Assembly (NCBI GenBank): GCA_034661055.1 | Contig: JAYEKO010000091.1 | Location: forward strand, 1 to 28,359 | From: Campylobacterota bacterium | GTDB taxonomy: Bacteria > Campylobacterota > Campylobacteria > Campylobacterales > Sulfurimonadaceae | Direction: 5' to 3' | DNA: 28,359 nt | Part shown: positions 9,005 through 20,056 of the stretch, piece by piece | How the letters are laid out: each line of letters starts with the position of its first letter | Position numbering within the stretch: position 1 is the stretch's first letter | Notes under the pieces: generated by a model | What the model was told of the DNA's origin: nothing | Database searches by the model: none | The model's input: the letters and a program-made list of their open reading frames with translations, nothing else | Program-made: the position numbers and the translations under genes

Positions 9005-10219
9005 TTGAAAATAATCTCCCCATCATACATATTAACACCAACTGAACTTATGGAGGGTCTAAGTATTGCTTTTGACAAAGAGATCCACTATATAGACACA
9101 CAAGATAAGCTCTTAAAAAAATATCCTGATGCTGAGATAATAGCATCTGCAGAAAATTCACTTTTAATGCCTGGACTTATTAATTCCCATGTGCATTTAG
9201 AGTTTAGTGCCAATAAAACCACACTACAATATGGTGACTTTTTGCCATGGCTTCACAGTGTTATTGAGAACCGTGAAGACCTTATTGGTGAATGTAGTAC
9301 TAAATGTATGCAAGAGGCCACCAATGCAATGCTAAAATCTGGAATTACTGCATATGGAGCTATTAGCTCTCATGGATTAGACCTCGATGCTGCTGAAAAA
9401 TCAGCACAAAAAGTGGTCTTTTTCAATGAGGTAATTGGCTCACAAGCTACAATGGCAGATGCACTTTTTACAGACTTTCTCTCTCGGCTAGATGCTTCAA
9501 AGTCAGTGACACGCAGTGGTTTTTTTCCCGCAATTGCTATTCATTCACCCTACTCTGTCCACCCAGTTTTAGTCAAAAAAGCGTTACAAATTGCTAAAAA
9601 CGAGCAACTTCCACTCAGTGCACACTTTATGGAAAGCAGCAGTGAAAGAGCATGGTTAGACTCCAATGAAGGTCCCTTTAAAGAGTTCTTTGAGAGCTTT
9701 TTAAAGCAGTCAACTGCAGTCTGTGACTCTAGTGAGTTTCTATCTCAATTTGATAATGCAAAAACATTAATGACTCATGTTGTTCACGCATCTGAGTGTG
9801 AACTTCAACAGATTTCAAAGAACCAGCATACGGTCGTTCACTGCCCAATCTCAAACCGACTCTTAGGCGGTGGTGCTATTAACCTAGATGATTTACAAGC
9901 ACAAAATATTAACTGGCTAACAGCAACTGACGGCTTAAGTTCAAACTACACACTTAACCTCTTTGAGGAGATGAAAGCGGCTATCTTTATGCATAGCGAC
10001 ACACCGCTGCTACCCTTAGCAACGCGTCTGATTGAGAGTGTTACTACAAAAGCAGCTGATGCTTTGGGATTAAACTGCGGAGCTATAGAAGTAGGAAAAG
10101 ATGCCGATATGATACTATTGCAGTTAGACTCAAAACCGACAGAACAACTTGCCTTGCATTTAATTTTACACCAATACCCCATCACTACAGTCTTTATTGA
10201 CGGAAAAAAGGTTATTTAA
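9005..10219 (+). CDS. Metal-dependent amidohydrolase, aminofutalosine deaminase (MqnF-like, Cj0067-type)
   Basis: HVH metal motif (NSHVHLE), AIHSPYS, AHFME, HCPISN, ATDG; divergent from aroQ and upstream of sppA as in C. jejuni; TTG start. Confidence 0.8.
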   Translation: MKIISPSYILTPTELMEGLSIAFDKEIHYIDTQDKLLKKYPDAEIIASAENSLLMPGLINSHVHLEFSANKTTLQYGDFLPWLHSVIENREDLIGECSTKCMQEATNAMLKSGITAYGAISSHGLDLDAAEKSAQKVVFFNEVIGSQATMADALFTDFLSRLDASKSVTRSGFFPAIAIHSPYSVHPVLVKKALQIAKNEQLPLSAHFMESSSERAWLDSNEGPFKEFFESFLKQSTAVCDSSEFLSQFDNAKTLMTHVVHASECELQQISKNQHTVVHCPISNRLLGGGAINLDDLQAQNINWLTATDGLSSNYTLNLFEEMKAAIFMHSDTPLLPLATRLIESVTTKAADALGLNCGAIEVGKDADMILLQLDSKPTEQLALHLILHQYPITTVFIDGKKVI

Positions 10220-11088
10220 TGGAAACACTTAGAAAAATATTTTTACCAATTACAGTCCCGATGAAATTTATTCAAGATCACTTTAAAGCGATGATTTTCT
10301 TGCTTATTTTATTTCTTCTTTTTGCTCCAACTGATGAACAGTCACTCACCCCAAATAATTTACAAGAGATTCACTTAGTTGGTCCAATAATGGAAGTGAC
10401 TAAAGTTGTTGAGGAGATAGAGACCGCACGAAATGATGCAGCCATAAAGGGAGTGCTTTTTGTAGTAGATTCTCCTGGTGGTGCAGTAGCTCCTTCGGTT
10501 GAGGTTGCTTATGCAATTAAAAGATTAAGTGCTGTCAAACCTGTTGTCGCATATGCACAGGGGTCTCTAGCAAGTGGCGGCTACTACGCTTCTGTTTATG
10601 CTGATGAGATCATTGCAAATCCAGGCTCCATGGTCGGCTCTATTGGTGTGATTATGCAAGGTGCCAATGTCGGTGAATTAATGCAAAAAATTGGTATTAA
10701 AAGCCAATACGTTAAAGCTGGTAAATATAAACAGGTCGGAACACCAGATAGAGAGTGGACTTCTTATGAGAAGAATGAGTTAAATAAGGTCATTCAAGGG
10801 ACTTATGAGATGTTTGTCGCTGACGTAGCTGCAGGACGGGATCTAAATATAAGCGATAAAGACTTTTTTGCTAATGCACATATTTTTACTGCTATGCAAG
10901 CTAAAAAAGTAGGTTTAGTGGATGAGATTGGTGTTAAATTTGATGCTAAGTCAAGAGTAAAAGAGTTGAGTCAGGTTGAAGAAGCTCGCTGGAATAAAGA
11001 AGATAAGTTTGATAAATTCATGAAACAGTTCGCTGCTGAGGGAGCATCACTAATTCATATCTACTTTCCAGAGCTTACGCTAAAATAA
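10219..11088 (+). CDS. sppA: Signal peptide peptidase SppA (36K type, S49)
   Basis: N-terminal TM helix, DSPGG, ASGGYY, GSIGV, AGKYK. Confidence 0.94.
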   Translation: METLRKIFLPITVPMKFIQDHFKAMIFLLILFLLFAPTDEQSLTPNNLQEIHLVGPIMEVTKVVEEIETARNDAAIKGVLFVVDSPGGAVAPSVEVAYAIKRLSAVKPVVAYAQGSLASGGYYASVYADEIIANPGSMVGSIGVIMQGANVGELMQKIGIKSQYVKAGKYKQVGTPDREWTSYEKNELNKVIQGTYEMFVADVAAGRDLNISDKDFFANAHIFTAMQAKKVGLVDEIGVKFDAKSRVKELSQVEEARWNKEDKFDKFMKQFAAEGASLIHIYFPELTLK

Positions 11089-11100
11089 GGTATAAAACCA

Positions 11101-12081
11101 TTACCACTTCTTAACAATATGCAGATATTCTACAGTAGTGCGCGCGCTCTTCTTTTGACCAAAATATTTGTGTGCCATGGATTTACATCTGTAGGTTCCA
11201 TATTGTTTCATCAGGTTGGCAATAGTCTCACTACTTAAAATCCCATCACTGCTGTAACTCATAAAAACATATCTGAACTTTGCATTTTTAATGAGCTCTT
11301 CTAATGCATTTTTTATACCGTTTTTTTTACAGAAGTTTGAGCGATTGTACTCACGTCGTCCTGTTTTACCTTGGGGAGTAAACTCATCATAGAGCGCAAT
11401 GGTATTAAGAAGATGATAGTCTGCTCCATATTGCCGTACATTATAGGGAGGATCAACATAGAGAATGTCTCCATGTAGCATTACTATTAACTCTGAAGCA
11501 TCAGTATTATAGACTCTATTGCTCTGATTAGTGAGCTCATATTCAGAAGGTTCTAAAATAAGCTTTTTTTGTGCTAATGGTTTTAGATATTTTAAGTAAG
11601 AGCCGTAAACCGAAGCGGTATTGGCTACCTTATCAGCACTTGCAATAAGGGATGAGAGTAGATAAAAATAGCTGTCTTCATCAATTCTCTTGCAGCTATA
11701 ATAATGCTCTATACGCTCTCGCATAGCATCAATTTTTTTTGCATTTTGGGCACTAAAATATTCTCTCTCATTCTTAGTGTTTTTAGCGTAATGTCTAAAA
11801 ATAAACCCCTCTACACCATCAAGCGCATTGAGTTCATCAAAAAGATCTTGACACTCAATTTTTTTACAGTTCGCTATACAATGACGATTTAAGACATAAG
11901 AGAAATACTCTAAATCATTACTTATAACTGCTTTGACCTCTTTTTTAAACGCTCGTCCAACTGCTCCACTTCCAGCAAAAAGATCACAAAACACCTGCTC
12001 TTTTAAATTGTACCCTACCTCTTCATATACCGTCTCTTTTATAAAAGCAATGAGCTTTTTTTTAGAGCCGATGTAGTTCAT
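11101..12081 (-). CDS. Orphan N6-adenine DNA methyltransferase, D12 class, M.NlaIII/M.HpyI-like (CATG family)
   Basis: MNYIGSK start, DLFAGSG SAM motif, ADKVANTASVYG, GDILYVDPPYN catalytic motif, YHLLNTIALYD, GKTG, FMSYS; no endonuclease ORF adjacent; family assignment from recalled sequence similarity. Confidence 0.9.
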   Translation of the reverse strand: MNYIGSKKKLIAFIKETVYEEVGYNLKEQVFCDLFAGSGAVGRAFKKEVKAVISNDLEYFSYVLNRHCIANCKKIECQDLFDELNALDGVEGFIFRHYAKNTKNEREYFSAQNAKKIDAMRERIEHYYSCKRIDEDSYFYLLSSLIASADKVANTASVYGSYLKYLKPLAQKKLILEPSEYELTNQSNRVYNTDASELIVMLHGDILYVDPPYNVRQYGADYHLLNTIALYDEFTPQGKTGRREYNRSNFCKKNGIKNALEELIKNAKFRYVFMSYSSDGILSSETIANLMKQYGTYRCKSMAHKYFGQKKSARTTVEYLHIVKKW

Positions 12082-12085
12082 CTGT

Positions 12086-13273
12086 TTAAAGTTCTGTTAC
12101 AGAGATAACGGAGGCAGTAATGTCGTATGTATCATCCATTAGATGAACTGTATCATCTACATGTAAATTTGAAAGGGCAGTGACCTTTCCATCTCGTGAG
12201 AGCTGGGCAAATCCCTCTTTGCTCTTTAGCTTTGGATTATTAACTCTAAAAAGCTCCTCCAGGTGTCTGATATCACGCTCTTTTTTCTGAAAAACTATTT
12301 CAATGTTTTGTGAAAATCGCATTTGCAACTCTTTTATTTCCTGCTTTTTTTGTTTTATTTTATTCTCTATTGATAAATTTGTAAAAGAGCGTTTTAATGT
12401 GCTAATTTTCTCTTGTTGCACAGAAAGCTTCTGTTTAATAGCCTGACTCATGTGAGAAGCAGTAGCATCAAGAGTTTGTCTGGCTTCATTAATATCTGGC
12501 AGTATCATCTCCATAGCAGCAGATGGTGTCGGTGCACGCAAATCAGACACATAGTCACTAATTACCCAGTCAATCTCATGTCCTACTGCTGAGACAACAG
12601 GAGTTTTAGCCTCAAAAATAGCATTGGCAACGACCTCTTCATTAAAAGCCCATAAGTCTTCAATACTTCCTCCACCACGCCCAATAACTATGATATCATA
12701 ATGTTTAGCATCGGCATACCCTAGCGCATGAGCAATATTGCCAGCAGCACTTTTTCCTTGGACAAGTACATCAAAAACGGTAATTTTTACTAAAGGCCAC
12801 CTATTTGATGCTACTCTTTGCATGTCTTGCAGGGCAGCACCCGTTGCAGAAGTTATGAGGGCAATATGCTCTGGATACTCTGGCATCGGTTTTTTACATG
12901 TAGAATCAAAATATCCCTGAGTGTGAAGTTTTTGTTTTAACTGCTCATAGGCAAGTGCCAAAGCACCTTGACCTGAGGGTTCAATCATAAAACAGTTAAT
13001 CTGGTATTCTCCACGTGGCTTATACAGAGTAAGAGCACCATCAACCAGCACTTTTAATCCCTCTTCTAAACGAAAACGTAGCTTTGCAGCATTACCTTTA
13101 AACATAACTGCGCGAATAGTTGAACCGGAATCTTTAAGTGTAAAGTAGATGTGCCCACTATTATGGTACGTAATACGAGAGAGTTCGGCTTCGACGTAAA
13201 CACGCATAAAGGTACTTTCAAGCAAGGTTTTAACCTGCTCATTGAGTGCAGAGACACTTAGTGGTGTAGTCAT
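12086..13273 (-). CDS. xseA: Exodeoxyribonuclease VII large subunit
   Basis: SVSALN, SGHIYFTLKD, RGGGSIEDLWAFNEE, SAVGHEID, RAPTPSAA. Confidence 0.97.
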   Translation of the reverse strand: MTTPLSVSALNEQVKTLLESTFMRVYVEAELSRITYHNSGHIYFTLKDSGSTIRAVMFKGNAAKLRFRLEEGLKVLVDGALTLYKPRGEYQINCFMIEPSGQGALALAYEQLKQKLHTQGYFDSTCKKPMPEYPEHIALITSATGAALQDMQRVASNRWPLVKITVFDVLVQGKSAAGNIAHALGYADAKHYDIIVIGRGGGSIEDLWAFNEEVVANAIFEAKTPVVSAVGHEIDWVISDYVSDLRAPTPSAAMEMILPDINEARQTLDATASHMSQAIKQKLSVQQEKISTLKRSFTNLSIENKIKQKKQEIKELQMRFSQNIEIVFQKKERDIRHLEELFRVNNPKLKSKEGFAQLSRDGKVTALSNLHVDDTVHLMDDTYDITASVISVTEL

Positions 13274-13282
13274 AAAATTTCT

Positions 13283-13996
13283 TTAGAGTTTTTTTGCAAT
13301 AATCAGTGTTGAGATATCCATAGAAAAACTCTCGTCATAAAGCACTTTAAAGCCTGCCTCTTTGAGCTCTTTTTTCATCTTATCAACCGTTAAAAAATCT
13401 TCTATTGAGTTAGGAAGGTATTCATAAGCTTCAAGGTTTTTAGAGATAAATCCTCCCACTTTAGGCAATATTTTATGCATGTAGTAGTCTCTTATTTTTC
13501 CTAAAAATGATGGATTCTCATTTTTCATAAACTCTAAAATAACCACCATACCGTCTTTTTTAAGAACTCGGTTAAACTCTTTAAGTGCTGCTTCACGCTC
13601 AACAACATTTCGAATACCGTAAGTGATGCTTAAAAAGTCGCTCGTTGAATCTTCTAAAGGTATCTCTGTCGCCTTTGATATATGATACGAAAACTCAGGA
13701 AATTTTTCACGAGCAACAGCTACCATTCCCTCAGAGGGATCAACACCGACTATATCGCTAATCTCTACACTGTTATCTTCAGCCTGTTTTCTCCAGTGCC
13801 CCATCATGTCACCTGTACCACAAGCAACATCAACAATTCTATCTATCTGCTTTTTATTGTAGTAATGAAATGCTTTATTACACGCTTTACGTCGCCACTT
13901 TTTATCGACACCCATACTCATCACACGGTTTGCTACATCATATGTTGAAGCGATGTCATCAAACATTGATACAATTTTTTCCTGTTTTTCACTCAT
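13283..13996 (-). CDS. ubiE: Demethylmenaquinone methyltransferase UbiE/MenG
   Basis: MFDDIASTYDVAN, DVACGTGD, YGIRNV, AYEYLPNSI. Confidence 0.95.
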   Translation of the reverse strand: MSEKQEKIVSMFDDIASTYDVANRVMSMGVDKKWRRKACNKAFHYYNKKQIDRIVDVACGTGDMMGHWRKQAEDNSVEISDIVGVDPSEGMVAVAREKFPEFSYHISKATEIPLEDSTSDFLSITYGIRNVVEREAALKEFNRVLKKDGMVVILEFMKNENPSFLGKIRDYYMHKILPKVGGFISKNLEAYEYLPNSIEDFLTVDKMKKELKEAGFKVLYDESFSMDISTLIIAKKL

Positions 13997-14990
13997 TAAG
14001 CTGTTTTTCCTCTAACCATATTTTTAAATCATTTCCACTTGGTTCTACATGTAAATATTTAAACTCAATTTTCTCATTTGTAAACGGTATTGTACCACCA
14101 CTTGATGGTGCTATGAAACTTAAATAGTAATTTACTAAACCTTTAGTAGCACTAAACATTGATGGGCCACCCTCTATCATAATATTTTTGTACTCTTTAA
14201 GCATAGAAAAGTCACTTTCAATATGGACCTTTCGCTTAGGTACATTAAATAGAGGAATAGTTTTGTCAAATTCACTGCTGTTAGAGTAAATTAAAATATC
14301 TGGTGCCTTGCCATTAACAAGCCTGCTATCTAAGGTTGGTCGATCTTCTCTTACTGTATTGCCACCAACAACAAGGAGATCACATCGATCTCTTAAGGCA
14401 TGAACATCTGTTCTTGACTGTAGTGAGCTAACAGTTCCACCATCAACAGTGCCATCTAGTCGTTGTGCCCACTTAAAAAATATAAAATTGTTGTTCTGCC
14501 ATGCATTAAAGGGAGCTAAAAGTGCATCACACGCTTCTTGACAGACACCACTCTCTACATTTTTAAAGAAACTTTTACCACCACTAGCTATCTTATGAGT
14601 ATCTAATGAGCCGATAACAACACGTTTAAATGAAAGTTTTTGTAAAAGAGTTGCACAAGAGGGAGTTTTGCCAATATGGGTACACGGCTCTAATGTAGTG
14701 TAAATAGTACACTCAGAAAAACAGTTATTATGATTTACATGTAAATAGTCATGAATATCGTGAGAGGATTTAAAAGAGGTAATTTTCACATCACCTGTTA
14801 GTTTAGTGTATGCATCTCTAAGTGCTAAGACTTCAGCATGAGGCTCTCCGGCTTTTTGATGTGCAGCAATAGAGAGAATTTCACCATGAGAGCCTACAAC
14901 AACCGCACCTACAGCAGGATTAGGGTAAGTTAGACCCTGATATTTCCACGCTTCATCAATAGCAAGCTTCATGAAGAGTGTATCATTCAT
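13989..14990 (-). CDS. ribD: Bifunctional riboflavin deaminase/reductase RibD
   Basis: PNPAVG, HAE, TLEPC..C Zn motif, LDG, IEGG. Confidence 0.95.
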   Translation of the reverse strand: MNDTLFMKLAIDEAWKYQGLTYPNPAVGAVVVGSHGEILSIAAHQKAGEPHAEVLALRDAYTKLTGDVKITSFKSSHDIHDYLHVNHNNCFSECTIYTTLEPCTHIGKTPSCATLLQKLSFKRVVIGSLDTHKIASGGKSFFKNVESGVCQEACDALLAPFNAWQNNNFIFFKWAQRLDGTVDGGTVSSLQSRTDVHALRDRCDLLVVGGNTVREDRPTLDSRLVNGKAPDILIYSNSSEFDKTIPLFNVPKRKVHIESDFSMLKEYKNIMIEGGPSMFSATKGLVNYYLSFIAPSSGGTIPFTNEKIEFKYLHVEPSGNDLKIWLEEKQLNE

Positions 14991-14993
14991 GGT

Positions 14994-15428
14994 TTACCAC
15001 TCAAAAAAGGTGTTGGCTTTACTTATCTCATTGAACTCAATGCTAGCATCTAACATTGAGATTGTATCTTCCACTATAATAGTGTTGCCCTCAACACTCA
15101 AAATTAGGCCACGAATCTTTAGTTGGTCAACTGTAGTGATTTTTACTTTTTCACCAATAGAGTGCTTAAAATGATTTAAAGTCTTAAGTTTACGCTCTAT
15201 TCCTGGGCTACTTACCTCTAAACGGTATTCACCTGAAACTGGTGGAGTGACATCTAAAAGAGGTGAAAGTAATTTTGTAGCTTCAACACACATATCCATG
15301 CTAACGCCATCTTGAGACATCACATTAACACGGTAGATTGTCTCATCGTTTTCACTAACAATAGAAGTATCATAGAGGGACAAGCCGATAGATTCAACCA
15401 TGCTTTTAACATCTTTTTCAAGACTCAT
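14994..15428 (-). CDS. rimP: Ribosome maturation factor RimP
   Basis: YRLEVSSPGIERKL; start moved to ATG 15428 (AAGGAG at 15435-15440). Confidence 0.95.
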   Translation of the reverse strand: MSLEKDVKSMVESIGLSLYDTSIVSENDETIYRVNVMSQDGVSMDMCVEATKLLSPLLDVTPPVSGEYRLEVSSPGIERKLKTLNHFKHSIGEKVKITTVDQLKIRGLILSVEGNTIIVEDTISMLDASIEFNEISKANTFFEW

Positions 15429-15798
15429 TATCATCTCCTTCATCTCCACGCTCTTTAGAGATCTGCTTAAATAAATCATCAATATGCTTTGCTTTTTGGA
15501 AGTGATCATCAAATACAAATTCCAAGGTTGGAGAACGGAACCAGCCTTGATCTTTCATACAGTAATCTTCAATAATAGGACGTGCTTTTCTGATTTGACG
15601 TAGAAATGTGTTTCGCTCTTCTTCCGTGTAATCATGCGGATCTAAATAGACCTTAGCATCACTTTTACCACGAGAACAGCGTACTTCAATAATATCTAAT
15701 TCGCGTAAGCGCGCATCATTAAGTCCCGAAAGTGCTTCTGGAATTAACTCTGCTAAAATAGCATCCGTACGCTTGATTTTAATCTGAGCAGGGGTCAC
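15418..15798 (-). CDS. rbfA: 30S ribosome-binding factor RbfA
   Basis: [13 protein letters not shown]; directly after infB; GTG start overlapping the infB stop. Confidence 0.93.
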   Translation of the reverse strand: MTPAQIKIKRTDAILAELIPEALSGLNDARLRELDIIEVRCSRGKSDAKVYLDPHDYTEEERNTFLRQIRKARPIIEDYCMKDQGWFRSPTLEFVFDDHFQKAKHIDDLFKQISKERGDEGDDNES

Positions 15799-18431
15799 AG
15801 GCTGACTTTTTGCTCTACTTTAACGAAAGTCTCAATTACATCACCTGGGTTAACATCTTCATAACCATTAATGACGACACCACACTCATAGCCGTTACCA
15901 ACCTCTTTAACATCATCTTTGAAACGTTTAAGTGAATTAAGCTCACCCTCATGAATAACAACACCTTCGCGAATAACACGCACAAGACCGCCACGTGTCA
16001 ACTTACCATCAACAACGACACAACCAGCAACAACACCTTTAGGTATTTTAAAGACTTCGCGTACATCTGCTTGACCAGAGTGTTCTTCGGTATATTTCGT
16101 ACTCATCATACCTGTTAACATATTAGTAATATTGTCAATAAGCTGATAAATAATAGTATAGGTCTGAATCTCTACACCAGCTTGTTTTGCAGCAGCTTTT
16201 ACACTACCTGTCGGTCTAACATTAAAACCAATCAGAGCACAGTTCTCTGAGTTATTTACAAGAGCAACATCATTTTCAGTAATTCCACCAACACCTGAAG
16301 AGATTACTTCAACTTTTACCTCTTCATTACGTAGCTCAGTAAGTGCACGTGTAATAGCTTCAAGAGAACCATGAACATCGGTTTTAAGAACCACTTTAAG
16401 TGTTTTAAGTTTACCCTCGGCAATCATGTTAGTAAGATCATCAAATGTTGATTTTGTACTAATAGAGAGCTCTTTATGACGGTCATACTCATAACGCTTA
16501 TGAGCAAACTCTTTAGCATCCTTATCACTCTCCATTGCCATCATAATCTCACCAGAAGCAGGAACTTCACTAAGTCCCACAACTACTGCAGTCTCACTTG
16601 GTCCAATTTTCTTAATCTGTTTTTTATGATTATCTACTAGAGCACGAACACGTCCAAATGCTGCACCACAAACAATATTGTCACCAACATTAAGGGTACC
16701 ATTTTGAACAATAACCGTAGCAACTGGACCACGACCTTTTTCTAATGAACTCTCTACAACTACTGACTTAGCAAGAACGTCAGGGTTAGCTTGTAGCTCT
16801 AATAGTTCTGCTTGAACTAAAATATTTTCTAATAGATCATCAATCCCATCGCCTGTCTTAGCTGAAAGTGGAATGAACTCAGTCTCTCCACCCCAATCAA
16901 CTGGAGTCATGCCGTGCTCTGCCATCTGACCTTTAACTACATCAGGGTTAGCGCCTTCTTTGTCCATCTTGTTAAGAGCAATAATTACTGGTGCACCTGA
17001 GTCTTTAGCAAGTTTAATAACTTCAAGTGTCTGAGGTTTTACACCGTCATCTGCTGCGACAACAATAATAATAATGTCTGTTACTTGTGCCCCACGTTCA
17101 CGCATATGACTAAATGCCGCGTGACCCGGAGTATCAATAAAGGTAATTTTCTTTCCATGCTGATCAATTGTATAAGCACCAATATGTTGTGTAATTCCGC
17201 CAGCTTCACCATCAGCAATTCTAGCATCTCTAATTGCATCAAGAAGTGATGTTTTACCATGATCAACATGACCCATAATAGTAATTACCGGAGGACGCTC
17301 TTGCATTCCCTCATCATTTTCAACTTCATCCTGAGTTTCTTCATAATTGAACTCATCTTTAGGATCAACTACCGTTACTTCAACTTCAAACTCTTCTGAA
17401 AGAATCTCAATCTCATCTTTACCTAAGAAGTCATTTTTCGTTGCCATCATTCCAAGATTAAAAAGAACCTTGATAATGTCAGTCATTGGACGTTTAAGCT
17501 TCTCTGCAAACTCATAAACACGAATGTCTTCAGGAATTTCTACGTGAGTTACCACTTCATCTTCAACAGCAGTTTTAACATATTTCTTACGTTTATCACG
17601 AGATACCTGACGAGGTTTTCGGTTACCGCCACTCTTTTTACCTGCATTTCTACCTGCTGGTTTTTTAGGACGTGGCTTTCGCTGTTCTTCTGGAGGAAGT
17701 GGTTTATTATCTAACTGTGTTAAGTCAAGCAGTACCACTTCATTATCATCATAATCCATAGAGACGTCAGCCATACCGCCTGCAAAAATATTCATAGACT
17801 TTCCGCTCTCTTTTCTCTGAGCTGGAACATTACCGCGTCTTTTACTCTTTTTAGAGGCTAACTCTTTTAAAGCTTCTTCACTCATTTTTCCATAACTAGA
17901 TACCGCTGCAGCATTGTCGGTTTTATAGACGCTATAGTCTTCTTGAACCTTTGGTTTCTTCTTCTTAACAATTCTTAAGCCAGATTTCTTCTTAGGAGCT
18001 ACCTCTTTAATAGCAGCAAGATTTTTATTGACTTTCTCTTCTTTAGGAGCCTCTTTTTCTACAGTAGCTTTCTTCTCTTCATCTTCTTGAGAAGGTTTTG
18101 GCTCTTCTTTACTTGCAGCAGGGCTATCTTGCGGAGTCTCTACAGTAGCATCAGTTTTTATTTCCGCCACCTCTTTTTGCACTACAGGCTGCTCTTCATT
18201 AGGAGCAGTTTCTGCTTTTGGCGCAGCTTTTTTCACTGTCACCTTCTTAGGCTTTGGCTCTGCTGCCTCTGGATTCATAATATAGTTCATGATTTTTTCA
18301 GCCTCTTCCATAGACACTGAACTTGATGCCGTCTTTAACGACATCCCCATTGCATTGGCTTTTTCTACAACTTCTTTAGAAACAATTCCAAGTTCTTTGG
18401 CAATCTCATGTACTCTTACTTTATCATTCAT
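15795..18431 (-). CDS. infB: Translation initiation factor IF-2
   Basis: [39 protein letters not shown]; start ATG 18431 (or TTG 18434), AAGGAG upstream. Confidence 0.98.
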   Translation of the reverse strand: MNDKVRVHEIAKELGIVSKEVVEKANAMGMSLKTASSSVSMEEAEKIMNYIMNPEAAEPKPKKVTVKKAAPKAETAPNEEQPVVQKEVAEIKTDATVETPQDSPAASKEEPKPSQEDEEKKATVEKEAPKEEKVNKNLAAIKEVAPKKKSGLRIVKKKKPKVQEDYSVYKTDNAAAVSSYGKMSEEALKELASKKSKRRGNVPAQRKESGKSMNIFAGGMADVSMDYDDNEVVLLDLTQLDNKPLPPEEQRKPRPKKPAGRNAGKKSGGNRKPRQVSRDKRKKYVKTAVEDEVVTHVEIPEDIRVYEFAEKLKRPMTDIIKVLFNLGMMATKNDFLGKDEIEILSEEFEVEVTVVDPKDEFNYEETQDEVENDEGMQERPPVITIMGHVDHGKTSLLDAIRDARIADGEAGGITQHIGAYTIDQHGKKITFIDTPGHAAFSHMRERGAQVTDIIIIVVAADDGVKPQTLEVIKLAKDSGAPVIIALNKMDKEGANPDVVKGQMAEHGMTPVDWGGETEFIPLSAKTGDGIDDLLENILVQAELLELQANPDVLAKSVVVESSLEKGRGPVATVIVQNGTLNVGDNIVCGAAFGRVRALVDNHKKQIKKIGPSETAVVVGLSEVPASGEIMMAMESDKDAKEFAHKRYEYDRHKELSISTKSTFDDLTNMIAEGKLKTLKVVLKTDVHGSLEAITRALTELRNEEVKVEVISSGVGGITENDVALVNNSENCALIGFNVRPTGSVKAAAKQAGVEIQTYTIIYQLIDNITNMLTGMMSTKYTEEHSGQADVREVFKIPKGVVAGCVVVDGKLTRGGLVRVIREGVVIHEGELNSLKRFKDDVKEVGNGYECGVVINGYEDVNPGDVIETFVKVEQKVSL

Positions 18432-18678
18432 CAACAATGATCTCCTTTAACCTATTAAAAAGTATTTCTGTAGCATTACTTCGACACATTCTTGCTAACG
18501 AACGTACCATTTTTTTTCTATCTGTCACACATTCATGGCAGAAATAAAAACTGCGACCTTCGCCCTTAAAAGAGCTAAGTTCGCCATTGATACACTGTAA
18601 ACGTATTAAGGTCTTTTGTGATGCTTTTAGCCTGCATGCTATGCACATTCTCTCAGGCTGATTTAATATGTCGCACAT
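18424..18678 (-). CDS. YlxR/DUF448 family RNA-binding protein (RnpM-like)
   Basis: [23 protein letters not shown]; upstream of infB; start codon uncertain. Confidence 0.88.
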   Translation of the reverse strand: MCDILNQPERMCIACRLKASQKTLIRLQCINGELSSFKGEGRSFYFCHECVTDRKKMVRSLARMCRSNATEILFNRLKEIIVDE

Positions 18679-18709
18679 TATACCTAAATGTTCCTTGATT
18701 AACTCTGTG

Positions 18710-19591
18710 TTACTTTTCTATTGTTAGACCAAAGTTATCAAAATCTAATGTTTTGACTGTAAAGTCAGGAAATTTCTGCTTAAAACGATTTGCAAGTGCA
18801 GAAGCATCCGTATCATATACCATAGAAAAAAATGTTGAACCACTCCCAGAAAGCGTACTCATTAACGCACCACTGTCATAGGCAGTTTTTTGCACGCTAA
18901 AGAGTTCAGGTAGCATCTTCATACGAATTTTCTGGTGAAATCTATCTTGGGATGCAAAACGAAGTAGTTCCCAATCTTCATTAAAAAATGAGGCAACCGT
19001 CATAGCCGTATGAGAGAGGTTAAAAACTGCATTATCTTTAGAATATGAGCGTGGTAGTGAGGTACGAGAGCGTGCCGTAGAGATTGGCTTATTTGGAATT
19101 ACTACAACAGCTTTTAAGTACTCAGGAAGATGCTTCTTTTGAGAGAAAACTTTCTGTTTCTCTACCATAGATGCGGTAAATCCCCCCATCACTGCTGGCG
19201 TAATGTTGTCTGGATGTGGCTCATACACTAAAGCGTGGTTTAAAATTCTACGCTTTGAAACTCGTACACCAGCAGCTTCATGTGCCGATGCAATAGCACT
19301 GACAATAACTGCAGATGAACTTCCAAGACCACGGGACATAGGTATTTGATTGTAAAATGTAAATTTATAATTCTGCTGATGCTGAGTAAGCTTTTTATAG
19401 TGTTCGTTAAAAATGCTAATAAAAAGGTTATTCCCTTTAAGGCGTGGATTATTTTCACCCTCGCCTTTAATAGCAACACTAAAAAAACGTGATGGCTTAA
19501 ACTCAACCCTGTTATGTAAGCTTAATGCTAGACCCAAGGTGTCAAAACCAGGGCCCAAATTGGCACTTGTTGCCGGTACGCTTATATTCAA
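18710..19591 (-). CDS. thrB: Homoserine kinase
   Basis: [26 protein letters not shown] motif, HPDN, LSGSGST. Confidence 0.97.
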   Translation of the reverse strand: MNISVPATSANLGPGFDTLGLALSLHNRVEFKPSRFFSVAIKGEGENNPRLKGNNLFISIFNEHYKKLTQHQQNYKFTFYNQIPMSRGLGSSSAVIVSAIASAHEAAGVRVSKRRILNHALVYEPHPDNITPAVMGGFTASMVEKQKVFSQKKHLPEYLKAVVVIPNKPISTARSRTSLPRSYSKDNAVFNLSHTAMTVASFFNEDWELLRFASQDRFHQKIRMKMLPELFSVQKTAYDSGALMSTLSGSGSTFFSMVYDTDASALANRFKQKFPDFTVKTLDFDNFGLTIEK

Positions 19592-19600
19592 TTACGCTCC

Positions 19601-20056
19601 TTAAGAGACCGCCGCAATTCCATAATATGGAAGTGAGTCGTCACTAAAATCTTCTAAAATAAGTTCTTGAGGAAGTTCAAATCGACTGTTTGGTACTTCC
19701 TCAAAAACTTGAGTCTCAATTTTGTCAGCCATTTTAACAAAGAAGAGCTTTCCCACTGCTTTTATGGGGGTGTTATTATTAAAATAAAATGCGTCAGTAG
19801 CTAAAAGTTCAATACCCTTGACAATGCTGAGTGTTTTTAAGAAGAGGTAACTCACTTTAATCGCCATAAAACTTCCAGGACCTTTAGCGTAAATGAGTCG
19901 CGAGACCTCAAATTCATCTAAGAGTGAACTAAAGAAACGAGGAAGAGATTCTGAAGTATGCTCATTAAGCTCATAACTTTTAACAAGTCTGTTCTCTTTA
20001 TTGTAAAGACCAATTTTCAGAGGCAAGCTAAGTGCAACAACAACAACACTATGCAT
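19601..20056 (-). CDS. TsaB-like (glycoprotease family) t6A biosynthesis protein, short Campylobacterota form
   Basis: YAKGPGSFMAIKV motif; between lpxC and thrB as in Campylobacter; start moved to ATG 20056 overlapping the lpxC end. Confidence 0.8.
   Translation of the reverse strand: MHSVVVVALSLPLKIGLYNKENRLVKSYELNEHTSESLPRFFSSLLDEFEVSRLIYAKGPGSFMAIKVSYLFLKTLSIVKGIELLATDAFYFNNNTPIKAVGKLFFVKMADKIETQVFEEVPNSRFELPQELILEDFSDDSLPYYGIAAVS

Noticed and set aside
1000..11088. Mixed operon of flagellar genes with aroQ, folK, LOG and mnmA, plus divergent mqnF-like and sppA
   Set aside because: Looks odd but closely matches the gene order known from Campylobacter jejuni and, in part, Helicobacter; not novel.
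11089..11100. Terminator between convergent sppA and the MTase gene
   Set aside because: Only 12 bp between the stops, with no convincing stem-loop and U-tract.
11321..12063. Three A8 tracts in the MTase coding strand (11321-11328, 11733-11740, 12056-12063) as phase-variation switches
   Set aside because: A/T runs of this length occur in other genes here as Lys codons; Campylobacterota phase variation typically uses longer poly-G/C tracts; the frame is intact.
15429..15518. N-terminal extension of rimP in the ORF track (likewise tsaB-like 20057-20092)
   Set aside because: Overlaps the upstream gene out of frame; better-placed downstream starts exist.
17580..18270. Low-complexity Lys/Glu/Pro-rich segment with short repeats in infB
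   Set aside because: Normal variable N-terminal region of IF-2.
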